Assembly (NCBI GenBank): GCA_963674865.2 | Contig: CAXXYE010000006.1 | Coordinates: 96,001 to 160,000, forward strand | DNA length: 64,000 nucleotides | From: Candidatus Hydrogenedentota bacterium | GTDB lineage: Bacteria > Hydrogenedentota > Hydrogenedentia > Hydrogenedentales > SLHB01 | Reading direction: 5' to 3' | Part shown: in pieces, positions 10,098-19,654 of the stretch | How the letters are laid out: each line of letters opens with the position of its first letter | Numbering within the stretch: the first letter of the stretch is position 1 | The notes under the pieces: model-generated | Seen by the model: the letters and a program-made list of their open reading frames with translations, nothing else | Database searches by the model: none | What the model was told of the DNA's origin: nothing | Translations under genes and position numbers: made by a program

Positions 10098-10958
10098 ATG
10101 ATCCTCTTCAAGCGAGCCGGGCTGATCATCCTCTTGGTGGGCGCCGCCGTGTGCGCGCAGCCGGCCCCGACGCCGGGCGGGACACAGGCCGAGGACGCGC
10201 AGGGCCTCGTCCAGGCGGAGATCGTGCTCACGGTTTCCGAGGGCAAGCGCCTCATCGCCAAAGCCGTGCCGGAGATGCCCGTCGTCAAGAACGCCCTCGA
10301 ACATGGGATGGTGATCATCTGCAAAGGCACGACAAACACGTATGTGGCCGAAGAGATCCTCGGCGAGCGGATCCCGCACGGGGCCTACGTCTACGGCAGA
10401 ACCTATCCCGCCGAGGGCGGCAAGCGGCTTGAACGGGCCGAGAGCGTCGGCGAGATCGTCCTCATCAAAGGCAAGCGGCAGGCCGACCTCTCCCTGGCCG
10501 CCGCCGTCGAGCAACTCGAAGCCGGTGACGTCGTTATGAAAGGCGCCAACGCCCTCGACTACGAGCGCCAAATGGCCGGCGTGTTTACCGGCCCGCCCGC
10601 GGGCGGCACATCCGGCACCATCATGCCTTACGTCATAGCGCGCAAGGCGCATCTTGTCATCCCGGTAGGATTGGAGAAACAGGTGGCCGGGCCCGTGTTC
10701 GACTTGGCCAACAAGATGCGCGAACCTGTCGAGAGCCTCACGGAGACGAGGTCCATGTTCCTGTTAACCGGGCACATCGTCACCGAACTCGAAGCGCTCG
10801 ACATCCTGACGGGCGTGACGGCGTTTCAAGCCGGGGCCGGCGGCATCGGCGGCGCCGAGGGATCAATACGCCTCACCTGCCGCGGCACGCGCCAGCAAGT
10901 CCAGAAGGCCCTCGACCTCGTCGCCGACATCCAAGGCGAGCCACCCTTCGTCGAGTAG
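10098..10958 (+). CDS. Hypothetical protein with a signal peptide (alpha/beta enzyme-like)
   Basis: GC-rich third codon positions like the host genes. Signal peptide ending VCA-Q. Conserved-looking blocks LTVSEGKRLIAKA, GTTNTYV, MKGANALD, PVGLEK, GGIGGAEG. Confidence 0.75.
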   Translation: MILFKRAGLIILLVGAAVCAQPAPTPGGTQAEDAQGLVQAEIVLTVSEGKRLIAKAVPEMPVVKNALEHGMVIICKGTTNTYVAEEILGERIPHGAYVYGRTYPAEGGKRLERAESVGEIVLIKGKRQADLSLAAAVEQLEAGDVVMKGANALDYERQMAGVFTGPPAGGTSGTIMPYVIARKAHLVIPVGLEKQVAGPVFDLANKMREPVESLTETRSMFLLTGHIVTELEALDILTGVTAFQAGAGGIGGAEGSIRLTCRGTRQQVQKALDLVADIQGEPPFVE

Positions 10959-11192
10959 CAATAGACGAAAGATAGGGCCGAGATTGAAAACCTAGGATTA
11001 TGTGTGTATACACTGCCCAACACGTGATAGGAGTACTTCGCAAGCGTATTTGCAGAGTATTCGAAGTGACGGATGGCTGGCCCAGGCACAGCGCCGTGGG
11101 GCCACATCTCCGGTTCCAGATCCCTAACTTGCACAGTTTCGCTTTCGTGGATATGCTACCCGTCGGAGTGGGAATCACGAGGAGCGCTTGAT

Positions 11193-11885
11193 GTGGCAGA
11201 CACTCACGTAGGTACCAGATCTAGCCGGCCAGAGTTGGAAGGGGTATCCATTGTGGTGGTAGGCCGCCTCAATCCTGCCATATTCCAGCCGCTTTGGTTT
11301 GCGCGCCATAATCTCGTCCGTGAGGAAGAAGCTCAAGAGGCGAAACTCGAGATTATCCACAGAGAGGTAACCGTCTTCAGTACTGAATGGTTCTCTTTGC
11401 AGGTAACAGATGACAAATACCAGGTCGCAACCCAGGATCCGACAATGTACCGCCCTCTTCGCGATCTAGCTCTCGGGACGTTCAAGATTCTTGAACACAC
11501 GCCTATAACGGCGTTTGGCTTCAATATCAACCAGCACTTCCCGATGGAATCGCAAGACGAATGGCATGCACTCGGCGATCACTACGCGCCCAAAGACTCG
11601 TGGCTCCGTGTACTGAAGAATCCAGGCTTACGCTCTTTGGTCATAGAGGGTACTCGAGAGGACTGCCAGGCGACCCGAATGCAGATAAGGCTTCAACCGT
11701 CCAATAGAGTCCGTTTCGGGGTGTTCGTGCACGTAAATGAACACTACGACATCGCGGGCGAGGAAGATTCCATCCCGACGAATGGCATCCAGTCCTTTCT
11801 GAAGATTGCAGCAAGCTCGTGGGATGGCTTCCTTTCCTACGGCGATAATGTCGCTCAGTGCCTTCTCAGTGAATACGAAAAGTAG
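11193..11885 (+). CDS. Hypothetical protein, gene 1 of the accessory cassette (possibly related to the TIGR04255-like group)
   Basis: GAGGAG RBS followed by GTG at 11193. Motifs SIVVVGRLNPAIFQP.WF and LEHTPITAFGFN. The family guess is from memory only. Confidence 0.7.
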   Translation: MADTHVGTRSSRPELEGVSIVVVGRLNPAIFQPLWFARHNLVREEEAQEAKLEIIHREVTVFSTEWFSLQVTDDKYQVATQDPTMYRPLRDLALGTFKILEHTPITAFGFNINQHFPMESQDEWHALGDHYAPKDSWLRVLKNPGLRSLVIEGTREDCQATRMQIRLQPSNRVRFGVFVHVNEHYDIAGEEDSIPTNGIQSFLKIAASSWDGFLSYGDNVAQCLLSEYEK

Positions 11886-11897
11886 GGGAGGTAACCA

Positions 11898-12476
11898 ATG
11901 CCGACGGCCACGCTAGAACAGCCTGACGTTGCAGGTTCCGAAGAATTCCGCTTCCTTGAGGCAGATTCACCAGACAATGAGGTCGAAGGAGAGGCCGACA
12001 CGAGACTGCCGAAACCTCGCGCGAAACCGAGCCCTGCGATCGACGAAGATATTCCCGACCTCTCAACAGAACATTTGGGAGACATCGAAGGCGCCATCAG
12101 CCCCCTCATTCGGCGCTCCTATGCGCAAGTGCCGGAGCGCCGCTTCATAGTCCTCCAGCAGTGGGAGGGAGTCGTTACCGAGGTCACCACGAGTTCGGTG
12201 TGGGCAGACCTTTGTGACCTTACAGAGCCGTCGAGCCCTGTGGAGATAGTGGAGTTGCCTCTTGAGGAAATCTCCGAAGCGGACATGGCGATTCTTGCCC
12301 TCGGCAGCGTCTTCTACTGGACCATCGGCTACGAACAGGCCCCAGGGGGACAGAGGCGTCGCGTGTCGGAAGTCCGCGTGCGGCGCACCCCAATGTGGTC
12401 AGGGCAGGTGGTCAATTCACTAAAGGAGAAAGCCCTGGAATTGCTTGAGCGGTTCAAAGGCGATGCCGAGGACTAA
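11898..12476 (+). CDS. Hypothetical protein, gene 2 of the cassette (acidic low-complexity N-terminus plus a small beta-barrel-like domain)
   Basis: Strong GGGGAGGT RBS. C-terminal domain LQQWEGVVTEV...LGSVFYWTIGYE...RVSEVRVRR. Confidence 0.75.
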   Translation: MPTATLEQPDVAGSEEFRFLEADSPDNEVEGEADTRLPKPRAKPSPAIDEDIPDLSTEHLGDIEGAISPLIRRSYAQVPERRFIVLQQWEGVVTEVTTSSVWADLCDLTEPSSPVEIVELPLEEISEADMAILALGSVFYWTIGYEQAPGGQRRRVSEVRVRRTPMWSGQVVNSLKEKALELLERFKGDAED

Positions 12477-13569
12477 GCCTCCAGAACACAATGAACTTGA
12501 ACTGTCATTGTTCGGCCCAGGCGTTGGGGAATGCGCGGTTGTGCACCTGGGCGCGGGGAATTGGATGGTGGTTGACTCCTGTCTCGACGCGAACGGCAAA
12601 TCCGTAGCGTTGACTTACTTGGCGTCACTAGAGGTTGATATTGCCACCCAGGTGAAGTTGATCGTGGCCACCCATTGGCACGACGATCATATTCGCGGTA
12701 TTGCTCAACTTCTACGCGAGGCGTCATCAGCAAGATTCGCGTGCTCCGCCGCGCTTCGGCGTGAGGAATTCATGACGCTGGTTGCTGCGGACGAGAACTT
12801 CGTGCTTATCGAGCACAAGTCAGGTATCTCCGAATTCAGCGAGGTCTTGAGAACTCTTCAGGCGCGGCCTGGAGAGGCGCGCACGGGAGGGCCAGATCAT
12901 TGGGCATCTGATGGGATGCGCTTGTTCTACCACACAAATCCCTGCCCGGTGGAGGTCTACGCGCTCAGTCCATCTTCGCAGAGTATTACGGATGCTTTGG
13001 GGGGCATTGCCCGGTTGGTTCCCAGTCGAGGCCAGATCATTCGGAAGTTCCCGTGCATAAGTCCGAATGATGTGGCCGTCGTACTCCTGGTGTCTACAGA
13101 AGCACTTAGCTTTCTCCTTGGATCTGATCTCGAGACGGGACGTCATCCACGGTGCGGATGGAAAGGGGTGGTGAGTTCTTCACGGTTGAGGCCAAGGACT
13201 CTGAGCATGGCCTACAAGGTTGCTCACCACGGATCAGAGAACGCAGATCTGCGCGAGATTTGGACCGATCTGCTGACTGCGAAGCCTTATGCGCTCTTGG
13301 CGCCATTTGCCAAAGGTCCCAGCCCCTTGCCCTCCAAAGACGATGTCTTGCGCATGAAGAGGAGCACCGACAAACTATATTGCACGGCTTGGCCACCGGG
13401 CAAGTCTCCTCCGCGTCGAGATAATGCTGTTGAGCGTACAATGAGGGAAATCCTGCGTTCTCACCGTGCCACTCGGAAAACACCCGGGCAGATCCGCTTG
13501 CGAGGTTCAATGCTAGGCGGCTCTGAGAGTATTTCCGTTGGGCTTTTCGACTATGCCGTCAGACTCTAG
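12463..13569 (+). CDS. Stand-alone ComEC/Rec2-type metallo-beta-lactamase-fold hydrolase (putative nuclease)
   Basis: GPGVGEC, VVDSC, THWHDDH (HxHxDH), PNDVAVV, LGSD, KVAHHGS. No transmembrane competence domain. 14-nt overlap with gene 2. Confidence 0.85.
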   Translation: MPRTKPPEHNELELSLFGPGVGECAVVHLGAGNWMVVDSCLDANGKSVALTYLASLEVDIATQVKLIVATHWHDDHIRGIAQLLREASSARFACSAALRREEFMTLVAADENFVLIEHKSGISEFSEVLRTLQARPGEARTGGPDHWASDGMRLFYHTNPCPVEVYALSPSSQSITDALGGIARLVPSRGQIIRKFPCISPNDVAVVLLVSTEALSFLLGSDLETGRHPRCGWKGVVSSSRLRPRTLSMAYKVAHHGSENADLREIWTDLLTAKPYALLAPFAKGPSPLPSKDDVLRMKRSTDKLYCTAWPPGKSPPRRDNAVERTMREILRSHRATRKTPGQIRLRGSMLGGSESISVGLFDYAVRL

Positions 13570-13607
13570 CAGAGGGCAGGGGCCTTCTTAGTCGCCACAC
13601 CTTGGCC

Positions 13608-14150
13608 TCATGGAACATCCTCAAGCACCCGCCAGCGCCCATCGACTTGGCGGACGGCTACGCCGCTCTGTTCGAGTACGGCGCGGTCGCCCGCGGAGTT
13701 GCGGCTGTAGATCCGGATGCCGAGTGTGTCCTTGAGATAATCCTTCATGATGTATTGCCGGACGCGCTCGTCTTGTATTTCCGAATGCCCCTGGAGGGCC
13801 ATTGCGATGCTAAACATGACACATGCGTATGAGCATTCAAGGTATTTCCTCTTCTCCGAGGCGGAGCGAAAGGCGCCGAACTCCTCGATAGAAGCCAATA
13901 TCAGTTCATCGTGTTGGCGTCGCGGATTATCCACCTTGGCATTCTGCAGCTTCACCCACTGATCGATGACGGCGTCCTCGGCCATTCGCAACGCTGCCGG
14001 TTTATCCGGGCCGTTTGGGTAACCTATGCCAAAGGGATCATTCGAGTCCTTCGGTGCGGACGGACTCAGCACACACCAGCATTTCCAACCGACAAGCACC
14101 AAGGCCGCGATGCACACGAGGCCAACAAGGCGTTTGATAAGGTCAGACAT
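13608..14150 (-). CDS. Hypothetical protein with an N-terminal membrane anchor
   Basis: Hydrophobic segment LVGLVCIAALVLVGW. Purine-rich RBS. Starts 19 bp after the stop of the ankyrin gene. Confidence 0.6.
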   Translation of the reverse strand: MSDLIKRLVGLVCIAALVLVGWKCWCVLSPSAPKDSNDPFGIGYPNGPDKPAALRMAEDAVIDQWVKLQNAKVDNPRRQHDELILASIEEFGAFRSASEKRKYLECSYACVMFSIAMALQGHSEIQDERVRQYIMKDYLKDTLGIRIYSRNSAGDRAVLEQSGVAVRQVDGRWRVLEDVP

Positions 14151-14169
14151 GGCTTCGCACTTCCTTTCT

Positions 14170-14838
14170 CTATTCCCGGGCGCCGTATCGGATCAGCACT
14201 TCAACTGCGGCATCGTTTCTCCGGCCCTTCGCCAATTTCAAGAGCGAAACGCGGCGCTCGCCGGCTGAGAACGGCGTGTTCGGATCCGCCCCGTGCTCAA
14301 GGAGAAGCTCCATGAGATCGATGCGATCCGCCGAGAATGCGTTGGTTAGAGGCGTTTCCGTGGAGAGCGGCCCCGGCATTCCGTCCGGCCCCGCGTAGGA
14401 GCGCTGGATGCTCACGTTCGCACTGGCGCCGTTCTCCAAGAGGAATGCGACGAAAGCCGCATCGGCGGCGCCCATCGCAACAGCCTCCACGCCCATGTTC
14501 GCCGCACAGCTCGAAAACTCCGGCATGTTGGGGAAGGCCACCTTCAGGGGTGCGTTGATGTCCGCGCCGGCACCGAGGAATGCCTGAACCTTCTCTCTGT
14601 CGCCCTGCCAAATCGCGGCCCCGAGCGCGGCGCAGCGGACCTTGGTGAACTGCAAGTCCATCTCGACCATCTCGTAGGCCGCCTTCGCTTCGGACGACAG
14701 CGCCTTGGGCGCTTCCGCTTGCCAGGTGCCGGGCTCAGGCTCTCCATTTGATGTGCCTCTTTTCACAAGGCTGGCTACCAGCGGTAAGGCGAGGATGGCC
14801 ACCACGATAACGAGAATGATGGCAAGTGTCTTGTTCAT
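14170..14838 (-). CDS. Membrane-anchored ankyrin-repeat protein
   Basis: N-terminal TM helix. Ankyrin repeats FLGAGADIN, LLENGASAN, TPLTNA...LLLEHGADPN, LIRYGA. GGAGG RBS before ATG 14838. Confidence 0.8.
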   Translation of the reverse strand: MNKTLAIILVIVVAILALPLVASLVKRGTSNGEPEPGTWQAEAPKALSSEAKAAYEMVEMDLQFTKVRCAALGAAIWQGDREKVQAFLGAGADINAPLKVAFPNMPEFSSCAANMGVEAVAMGAADAAFVAFLLENGASANVSIQRSYAGPDGMPGPLSTETPLTNAFSADRIDLMELLLEHGADPNTPFSAGERRVSLLKLAKGRRNDAAVEVLIRYGARE

Positions 14839-15098
14839 CGGCGTGCCTCCCCAGTCGCCACACTCCCCAGAGATACCATACGGCCCCGACAATCCGTTCC
14901 CTATGGCGCGGCTTTCTCAGTCCTCTACACCCGAGCGGCGGGTGTATTCGCGCTGGCGCCGCTCCTGGATTTGTTTTCATGGAAACCGGATAAGGGGCGG
15001 TGGTAGGATGGCTTCGGCCATGGGCGAAGCGGGCCTACCCGCCGCGGACACAGGCGGGATGGCGGCCGGTGAAACACGCGAGTGCGGGAGGACGGCTA

Positions 15099-16094
15099 AT
15101 GCGTAGGATCATTCAGGTCGGTGTGGGGGGCATGGGACGTGGGTGGACGGATCGGATTGCCGAATCGGAGCGGTGGGAAGCGGCGGCCTACGTCGACACA
15201 GACCGTAAGAACCTGATGGCGGCCGCGGCGCGCCATCGGATGCCGCGGGCGCGGTGTTTCACCGACGTGGACACGGCCCTTCGCACCATCGAGGCCGACG
15301 CGCTGCTTGACGTGACGCCCCAGCAGTTTCGTAAGGGTGTTTGCTGCGCGGCTTTCGAGCACGGCCTGCCGGTGATGTCCGAGAAACCGTTGGCGGACAA
15401 CTTGCGGAATGCCAAGACCATCGTGCGACGGGCCGAGAAGATGGGCGTCACGTATATGGTGGCCCAGAACTACCGGTACCAGGCGCCGATCCAAACGGTG
15501 CGGCGCTTCATCGAGAAGGGGCGTCTGGGAGACATGGGCTACGTGGGCGTCCTGTTCCACAAGGGGCCGAAGTTCGGGGGATTCCGTGAGCAAATGGCCT
15601 TCCCGCTCGTGCTTGACATGTCGATTCATCATTTCGACCTCATGCGATGCCTTCTCGGCGCCGACGTCAACGTCGTCCAAGCAACAAGCGTCAACGCCCC
15701 CTGGAACTGGAACAAGGGCGACGCCACCGTCATGGCGCAGCTCGAATTCACCAACGGCGTCGCCGTGAATTACTTCGGAAGTTGGGTGAGCCTTGGGCGT
15801 GAGACGAATTGGAACGCCGACTGGCGTTTCGAGGGCAGCAAAGGGGTGCTGCTCCTGGAGCAGGATGAGGTGGCGTTTTCCGACAAGCCCGGCCGCAAGC
15901 GCAAAGTGCCGCTCGTGAAGTGGCCGGTGTGTCATCAGGCGTACCTGCTCGAAGCTTTTGCCGACGCGCTCGACACCGGCACTGAACCGGAAACCAGTGG
16001 CCGGCGCAATCTCAACAGCTTGGCGACCACTTGGGCCGTTGTCCGGGCCGCCAAGGAGAAGCGGCGCGTGGAGGTAGGCGAACTGCTTCGGTGA
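15099..16094 (+). CDS. Gfo/Idh/MocA family oxidoreductase
   Basis: VGVGGMG, SEKPLA, QNYRY, DMSIHHFD. GGAGG RBS before ATG 15099. Confidence 0.92.
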   Translation: MRRIIQVGVGGMGRGWTDRIAESERWEAAAYVDTDRKNLMAAAARHRMPRARCFTDVDTALRTIEADALLDVTPQQFRKGVCCAAFEHGLPVMSEKPLADNLRNAKTIVRRAEKMGVTYMVAQNYRYQAPIQTVRRFIEKGRLGDMGYVGVLFHKGPKFGGFREQMAFPLVLDMSIHHFDLMRCLLGADVNVVQATSVNAPWNWNKGDATVMAQLEFTNGVAVNYFGSWVSLGRETNWNADWRFEGSKGVLLLEQDEVAFSDKPGRKRKVPLVKWPVCHQAYLLEAFADALDTGTEPETSGRRNLNSLATTWAVVRAAKEKRRVEVGELLR

Positions 16095-18379
16095 GTGCCG
16101 CCGCGCCAGACGGAAGCCGCTACTCTTTGGGCGTGTTGTTCCTTGTGGCGGCCTTCTTCATTGTCGCGGGGCCAATCTACTGGCACGGCGTGCAGGTGCG
16201 CAGCGACGCCATTGCGAACGCCTACGAAAACGCTGACCTCTACCAGGGCATCTATCCTACCTACCACTATGCATCCGCGCGGATGCACGCCGGTGAGCTC
16301 CCGCTGTGGAATTCAAGGCAGTTGTGCGGCACGCCCTTCTTGGCGGATCCGCGAGTCGGCATCTTCCAGCCTCTGAACATCGTATTCTGGCTGCTCCCGA
16401 CGGAGCGGGCGATGGCGGCTCATGCTTTTCTGACGCTGTTCCTGATGGCCGCATTCTTCGTGCTCTTCGCACGCTCTTTCGGCCTATCCTACACAGCGGC
16501 TACTATCGGCGCCGTGGCCTATGCCTTCTGCGGCGCGTCCGCCGCCGCCATGTCCCGTCCCGCGACGGCCAACGCCCTGGCGTGGGTGCCTTTCGTATTC
16601 TGGACGGCGCGGGAGTATAGGCGAGTTTTCAAGTACCGCAACGCGATCTTGCTGGGCATCGGCGGGGCAATGCTAATTCTCTCAGGAACAGTCGCGTTGG
16701 CTTTCGCCGCGCTGTGCGTCTTGGCGCCGTACGTCTTGACCCATGCCGCATTTCCGGACAACCGCCGCGTAAGCAGCGCTGGGAGAAGAATCAGTGGCTT
16801 GGCGCTGGCAGCGGGCGTTGCCCTAGCGTTATCGGCGGCCCAATGGCTCCCGACGGCTTTCTGGCTGCGTTCACTCGAGCGGCCGATCGGCGTGTTGTGG
16901 CATCTGCCGTTCTCCGGCCTCTCTCCCGCCTGGGGCAGGGAGGCACTGGTGCAGTTCCTGACTTCCAAGCCGGGAACTTTGCCCCGCTTGTTGTACATCG
17001 GGACGGCGCCGCTCCTACTCATGCCTGCCGCGGTGATTCACCAAACACGGCGTCGCGAGGCGGCTTACTTCTTGGCGGCCGGGGCGATTTGCCTTATTGT
17101 GGGCCTGCTCAGGATAGACGCACTCCCACTCGGATATCCCAATCGGGCCTTCCTCTTCTGCGCGGCGTTTTGCATGGCCACCCTCACCGCGATTGGGGCG
17201 GACCGCCTATTCGTCTACTACCGGGAACGCGGCTTGCCGCGTCCCTGGGCGCCTGCCGCCATCGTCATGGTAGTGGCTTCGCTTGTCATTTACGCTGCCG
17301 GGAGCCAGACATCCGGATACGCGATAGCATTCGCCGTAGTAGTGCTTCCGTTCGTGCTCATCCGGACAGCTTGGCTTGCGCGACTCTCCGGGCTGCTCGT
17401 GGCCGTGCTCCTGTTCGCGGACTTGATGCTCGCAAACGCCAATGCCTACCGACATCCGTTTCAAGACGCGCCCGAGTGCTATGGCCGATACGCCGCGGCC
17501 ATTCGGGCAGCGGAGGAGCAAGCGCTCGGGGCCCGAGCGCTTGTGTCGACGGTGGAGCTGGACAACGGACTGCCTCCCAATCTGGGCATGGTGACTCCGG
17601 TTGACGCTGCGAACGGTGATGATAACCTGCCGCTCACGCATGAGCAGGCCCGCTGGTGGGCGCGCCTCGAAGACAACTCTGACACGGCGCGGGTCCGGAA
17701 ACGCACGGCCGTGAGCTATGACGCCGGCAATGCCAAGTTGCTGAACCTGATGGCCGTAAGGGCCATCTTGGCCGCGCCGGGAAGTCCCCTGTTTGAGGGG
17801 GACTGGGCGCACGGCGGGCCATCATTGCGCCGGAAGAACGTCTCGGGGGATGCGCGAGTCTATGTTAACGACGACGCCCTCCCGCGTGCGGCCTGGGTGC
17901 CAACGCCCCGCACCGTCAGCGACACCGAGGGGGCACTCGACGTGCTGTGCTCGCCTGATTTCGATCCGGCACGGGAATGCACCATCGATATCGCTTCTGC
18001 CGGGCACGTGCCACTCCCGACGCGACAGACGACAAACGACGTTCAAGAGGCGGAAGACGCGCCACAGCAAAGGCAGGCCACTTGCGCCATCGTGCAGAGC
18101 GTTCCGGAGTACGTCTTGGTACGTGTCGACGCCCCGGCGGAGGGCATCCTCGTCTTGGCCGATAGTTGCGCGCCCGGTTGGCGAGCGACTGTCGATGGGA
18201 GTCCTACGAGGCTCTTTCAGGCCAACGGCGTATTCCGAGGAGTGTCGCTACCTGCCGGGCAACACGATGTCGCCTTCGTCTACAGGCCGTGGGCCTTCTG
18301 GACTGGCCTTGCGGTGTCCCTTGGGGCGTTGGCGAGCCTTGCTCTGGGTGGATTCCTCACCCTCGTGCGCGGCGCATAG
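16091..18379 (+). CDS. YfhO-family polytopic membrane protein (GT-C-like glycosyltransferase)
   Basis: GELPLWN...GTPFLAD N-terminal motif, many TM helices, C-terminal ALPRA and PGWRATVDG...ANGVFRGV...G.H.V.F.YRP. GTGA overlap with the upstream stop. Confidence 0.85.
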   Translation: MSAAAPDGSRYSLGVLFLVAAFFIVAGPIYWHGVQVRSDAIANAYENADLYQGIYPTYHYASARMHAGELPLWNSRQLCGTPFLADPRVGIFQPLNIVFWLLPTERAMAAHAFLTLFLMAAFFVLFARSFGLSYTAATIGAVAYAFCGASAAAMSRPATANALAWVPFVFWTAREYRRVFKYRNAILLGIGGAMLILSGTVALAFAALCVLAPYVLTHAAFPDNRRVSSAGRRISGLALAAGVALALSAAQWLPTAFWLRSLERPIGVLWHLPFSGLSPAWGREALVQFLTSKPGTLPRLLYIGTAPLLLMPAAVIHQTRRREAAYFLAAGAICLIVGLLRIDALPLGYPNRAFLFCAAFCMATLTAIGADRLFVYYRERGLPRPWAPAAIVMVVASLVIYAAGSQTSGYAIAFAVVVLPFVLIRTAWLARLSGLLVAVLLFADLMLANANAYRHPFQDAPECYGRYAAAIRAAEEQALGARALVSTVELDNGLPPNLGMVTPVDAANGDDNLPLTHEQARWWARLEDNSDTARVRKRTAVSYDAGNAKLLNLMAVRAILAAPGSPLFEGDWAHGGPSLRRKNVSGDARVYVNDDALPRAAWVPTPRTVSDTEGALDVLCSPDFDPARECTIDIASAGHVPLPTRQTTNDVQEAEDAPQQRQATCAIVQSVPEYVLVRVDAPAEGILVLADSCAPGWRATVDGSPTRLFQANGVFRGVSLPAGQHDVAFVYRPWAFWTGLAVSLGALASLALGGFLTLVRGA

Positions 18380-18444
18380 AGATCGGCCCAGAGAGTGCAT
18401 TTGACAGGAAGGGGCGTTCGACAACGCCGCAGTATGTTCGCTCG

Positions 18445-18473
18445 TTGACTTGACCCCGGGCGGCTGATACGAT
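18445..18473 (+). promoter_or_regulatory. sigma70-type promoter with extended -10
   Basis: TTGACT (18445-18450), 17 bp spacer, TGA-TACGAT (-10 at 18468-18473). Confidence 0.65.
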
Positions 18474-18536
18474 TTCGCCCATTGCCGCGCCGGCGAGGTG
18501 GGTGTATAGCGCGGCCAGGAAAAAAGGAGCAAGGGC

Positions 18537-19520
18537 ATGGCGAAGAAGTTGCGCATCGGGTTTATCGGCGCCGGTGGGATAGCGCGGGGGCATTACGAAA
18601 AGCTTAATGCATCCCGGAAGGCCCGGGTGGTGGCGCTCAACGAGCCGAGCAAGAAATCCCTCGAGAAGTTCTACAGCCGCTGTGAAGGTTCCGACAAGCT
18701 TCCAGTGTACGAAGACTACAAAGAAATGCTGAAGAAAGAAGAACTCGATGGGGTGGTGATTCTCAGCCCGCATACGGTGCACTACGAACAAATCAGTGCG
18801 GCGCTGGGCAAAGGGTTGCACGTGCTGACCGAGAAGCCGATGGTTTGCACCATTCGCCACGCAAAGGCGTTGATCAAGAAGGCCAAGGCCGCAAAGCGTG
18901 TGCTCATGATTTCGTACCAGCGCCACTTCGAGCCGCAATTCCGCTATATGCGGGAACAGATTCAGAAGGGTGCGATTGGTAAGGTCGAATATGTACAGGC
19001 GATTCAGGCGCAGGAGTGGCTTCGCGGTACGCGCGGCACCTGGCGTCAGAAACTCGCCCTGTCCGGTGGCGGCCAACTCAACGACTCGGGAAGCCACCTG
19101 GTGGATATCGTGATGTGGGTAACGGGCATGAAGGTGAAAGAGGTCTTCGCGAAGTCCGAGAACTTCAAGGGCGAGGTGGACATCAATAGCACCCTCGCTA
19201 TGGCCTTCGAAAACGGCGCCCTGGGCAGTATGTCCATCATCGGGAACGCTCCGAGTTGGTACGAGGACCACACGATTGTCGGGAGCAAAGGCGCCTTCTA
19301 CCTGCGGCAGGGCCTTGATCTGTTGCAGCAGGGGGCCGACGGCAAACCCGTCAAAATCAAGCTTCCGAAGTACACGAAAAATCCGGATTCCAACTTCATT
19401 GATGCGATCTTGGGGAAGGACGTGCCCCAGGTTCCGCCGGAATGCGGCCTTCGCACCATTGAGGTAACCGAGGCGGCGTGGAAGTCCGCGGCTGCGGGTA
19501 AGCCCGTCCGCGTTCCCTAG
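18537..19520 (+). CDS. Gfo/Idh/MocA family oxidoreductase
   Basis: IGAGGIA, HVLTEKPM, SGGGQLNDSGSHLVD. AAGGAG RBS. Confidence 0.93.
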   Translation: MAKKLRIGFIGAGGIARGHYEKLNASRKARVVALNEPSKKSLEKFYSRCEGSDKLPVYEDYKEMLKKEELDGVVILSPHTVHYEQISAALGKGLHVLTEKPMVCTIRHAKALIKKAKAAKRVLMISYQRHFEPQFRYMREQIQKGAIGKVEYVQAIQAQEWLRGTRGTWRQKLALSGGGQLNDSGSHLVDIVMWVTGMKVKEVFAKSENFKGEVDINSTLAMAFENGALGSMSIIGNAPSWYEDHTIVGSKGAFYLRQGLDLLQQGADGKPVKIKLPKYTKNPDSNFIDAILGKDVPQVPPECGLRTIEVTEAAWKSAAAGKPVRVP

Positions 19521-19654
19521 ACGCCCTGTGCAGAGGGCCGCCATCCCCGTTTCGCTGCGCCTGAATCACGTCGGGCGCGCGGGCCGGGAAGCGCGCGGCT
19601 CGGAAATTGAAGGTCCTGCGCTTGCGCGCATTGGCCTTCAGAGAGGAGGCTCGC

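Noticed and set aside
12463..13569. Competence gene comEC or an antibiotic beta-lactamase
   Set aside because: It has no TM competence domain, no signal peptide and no B1-B3 beta-lactamase motif layout.
18357..19544. 395-aa minus-strand ORF
   Set aside because: It is antisense to a clear Gfo/Idh/MocA gene.
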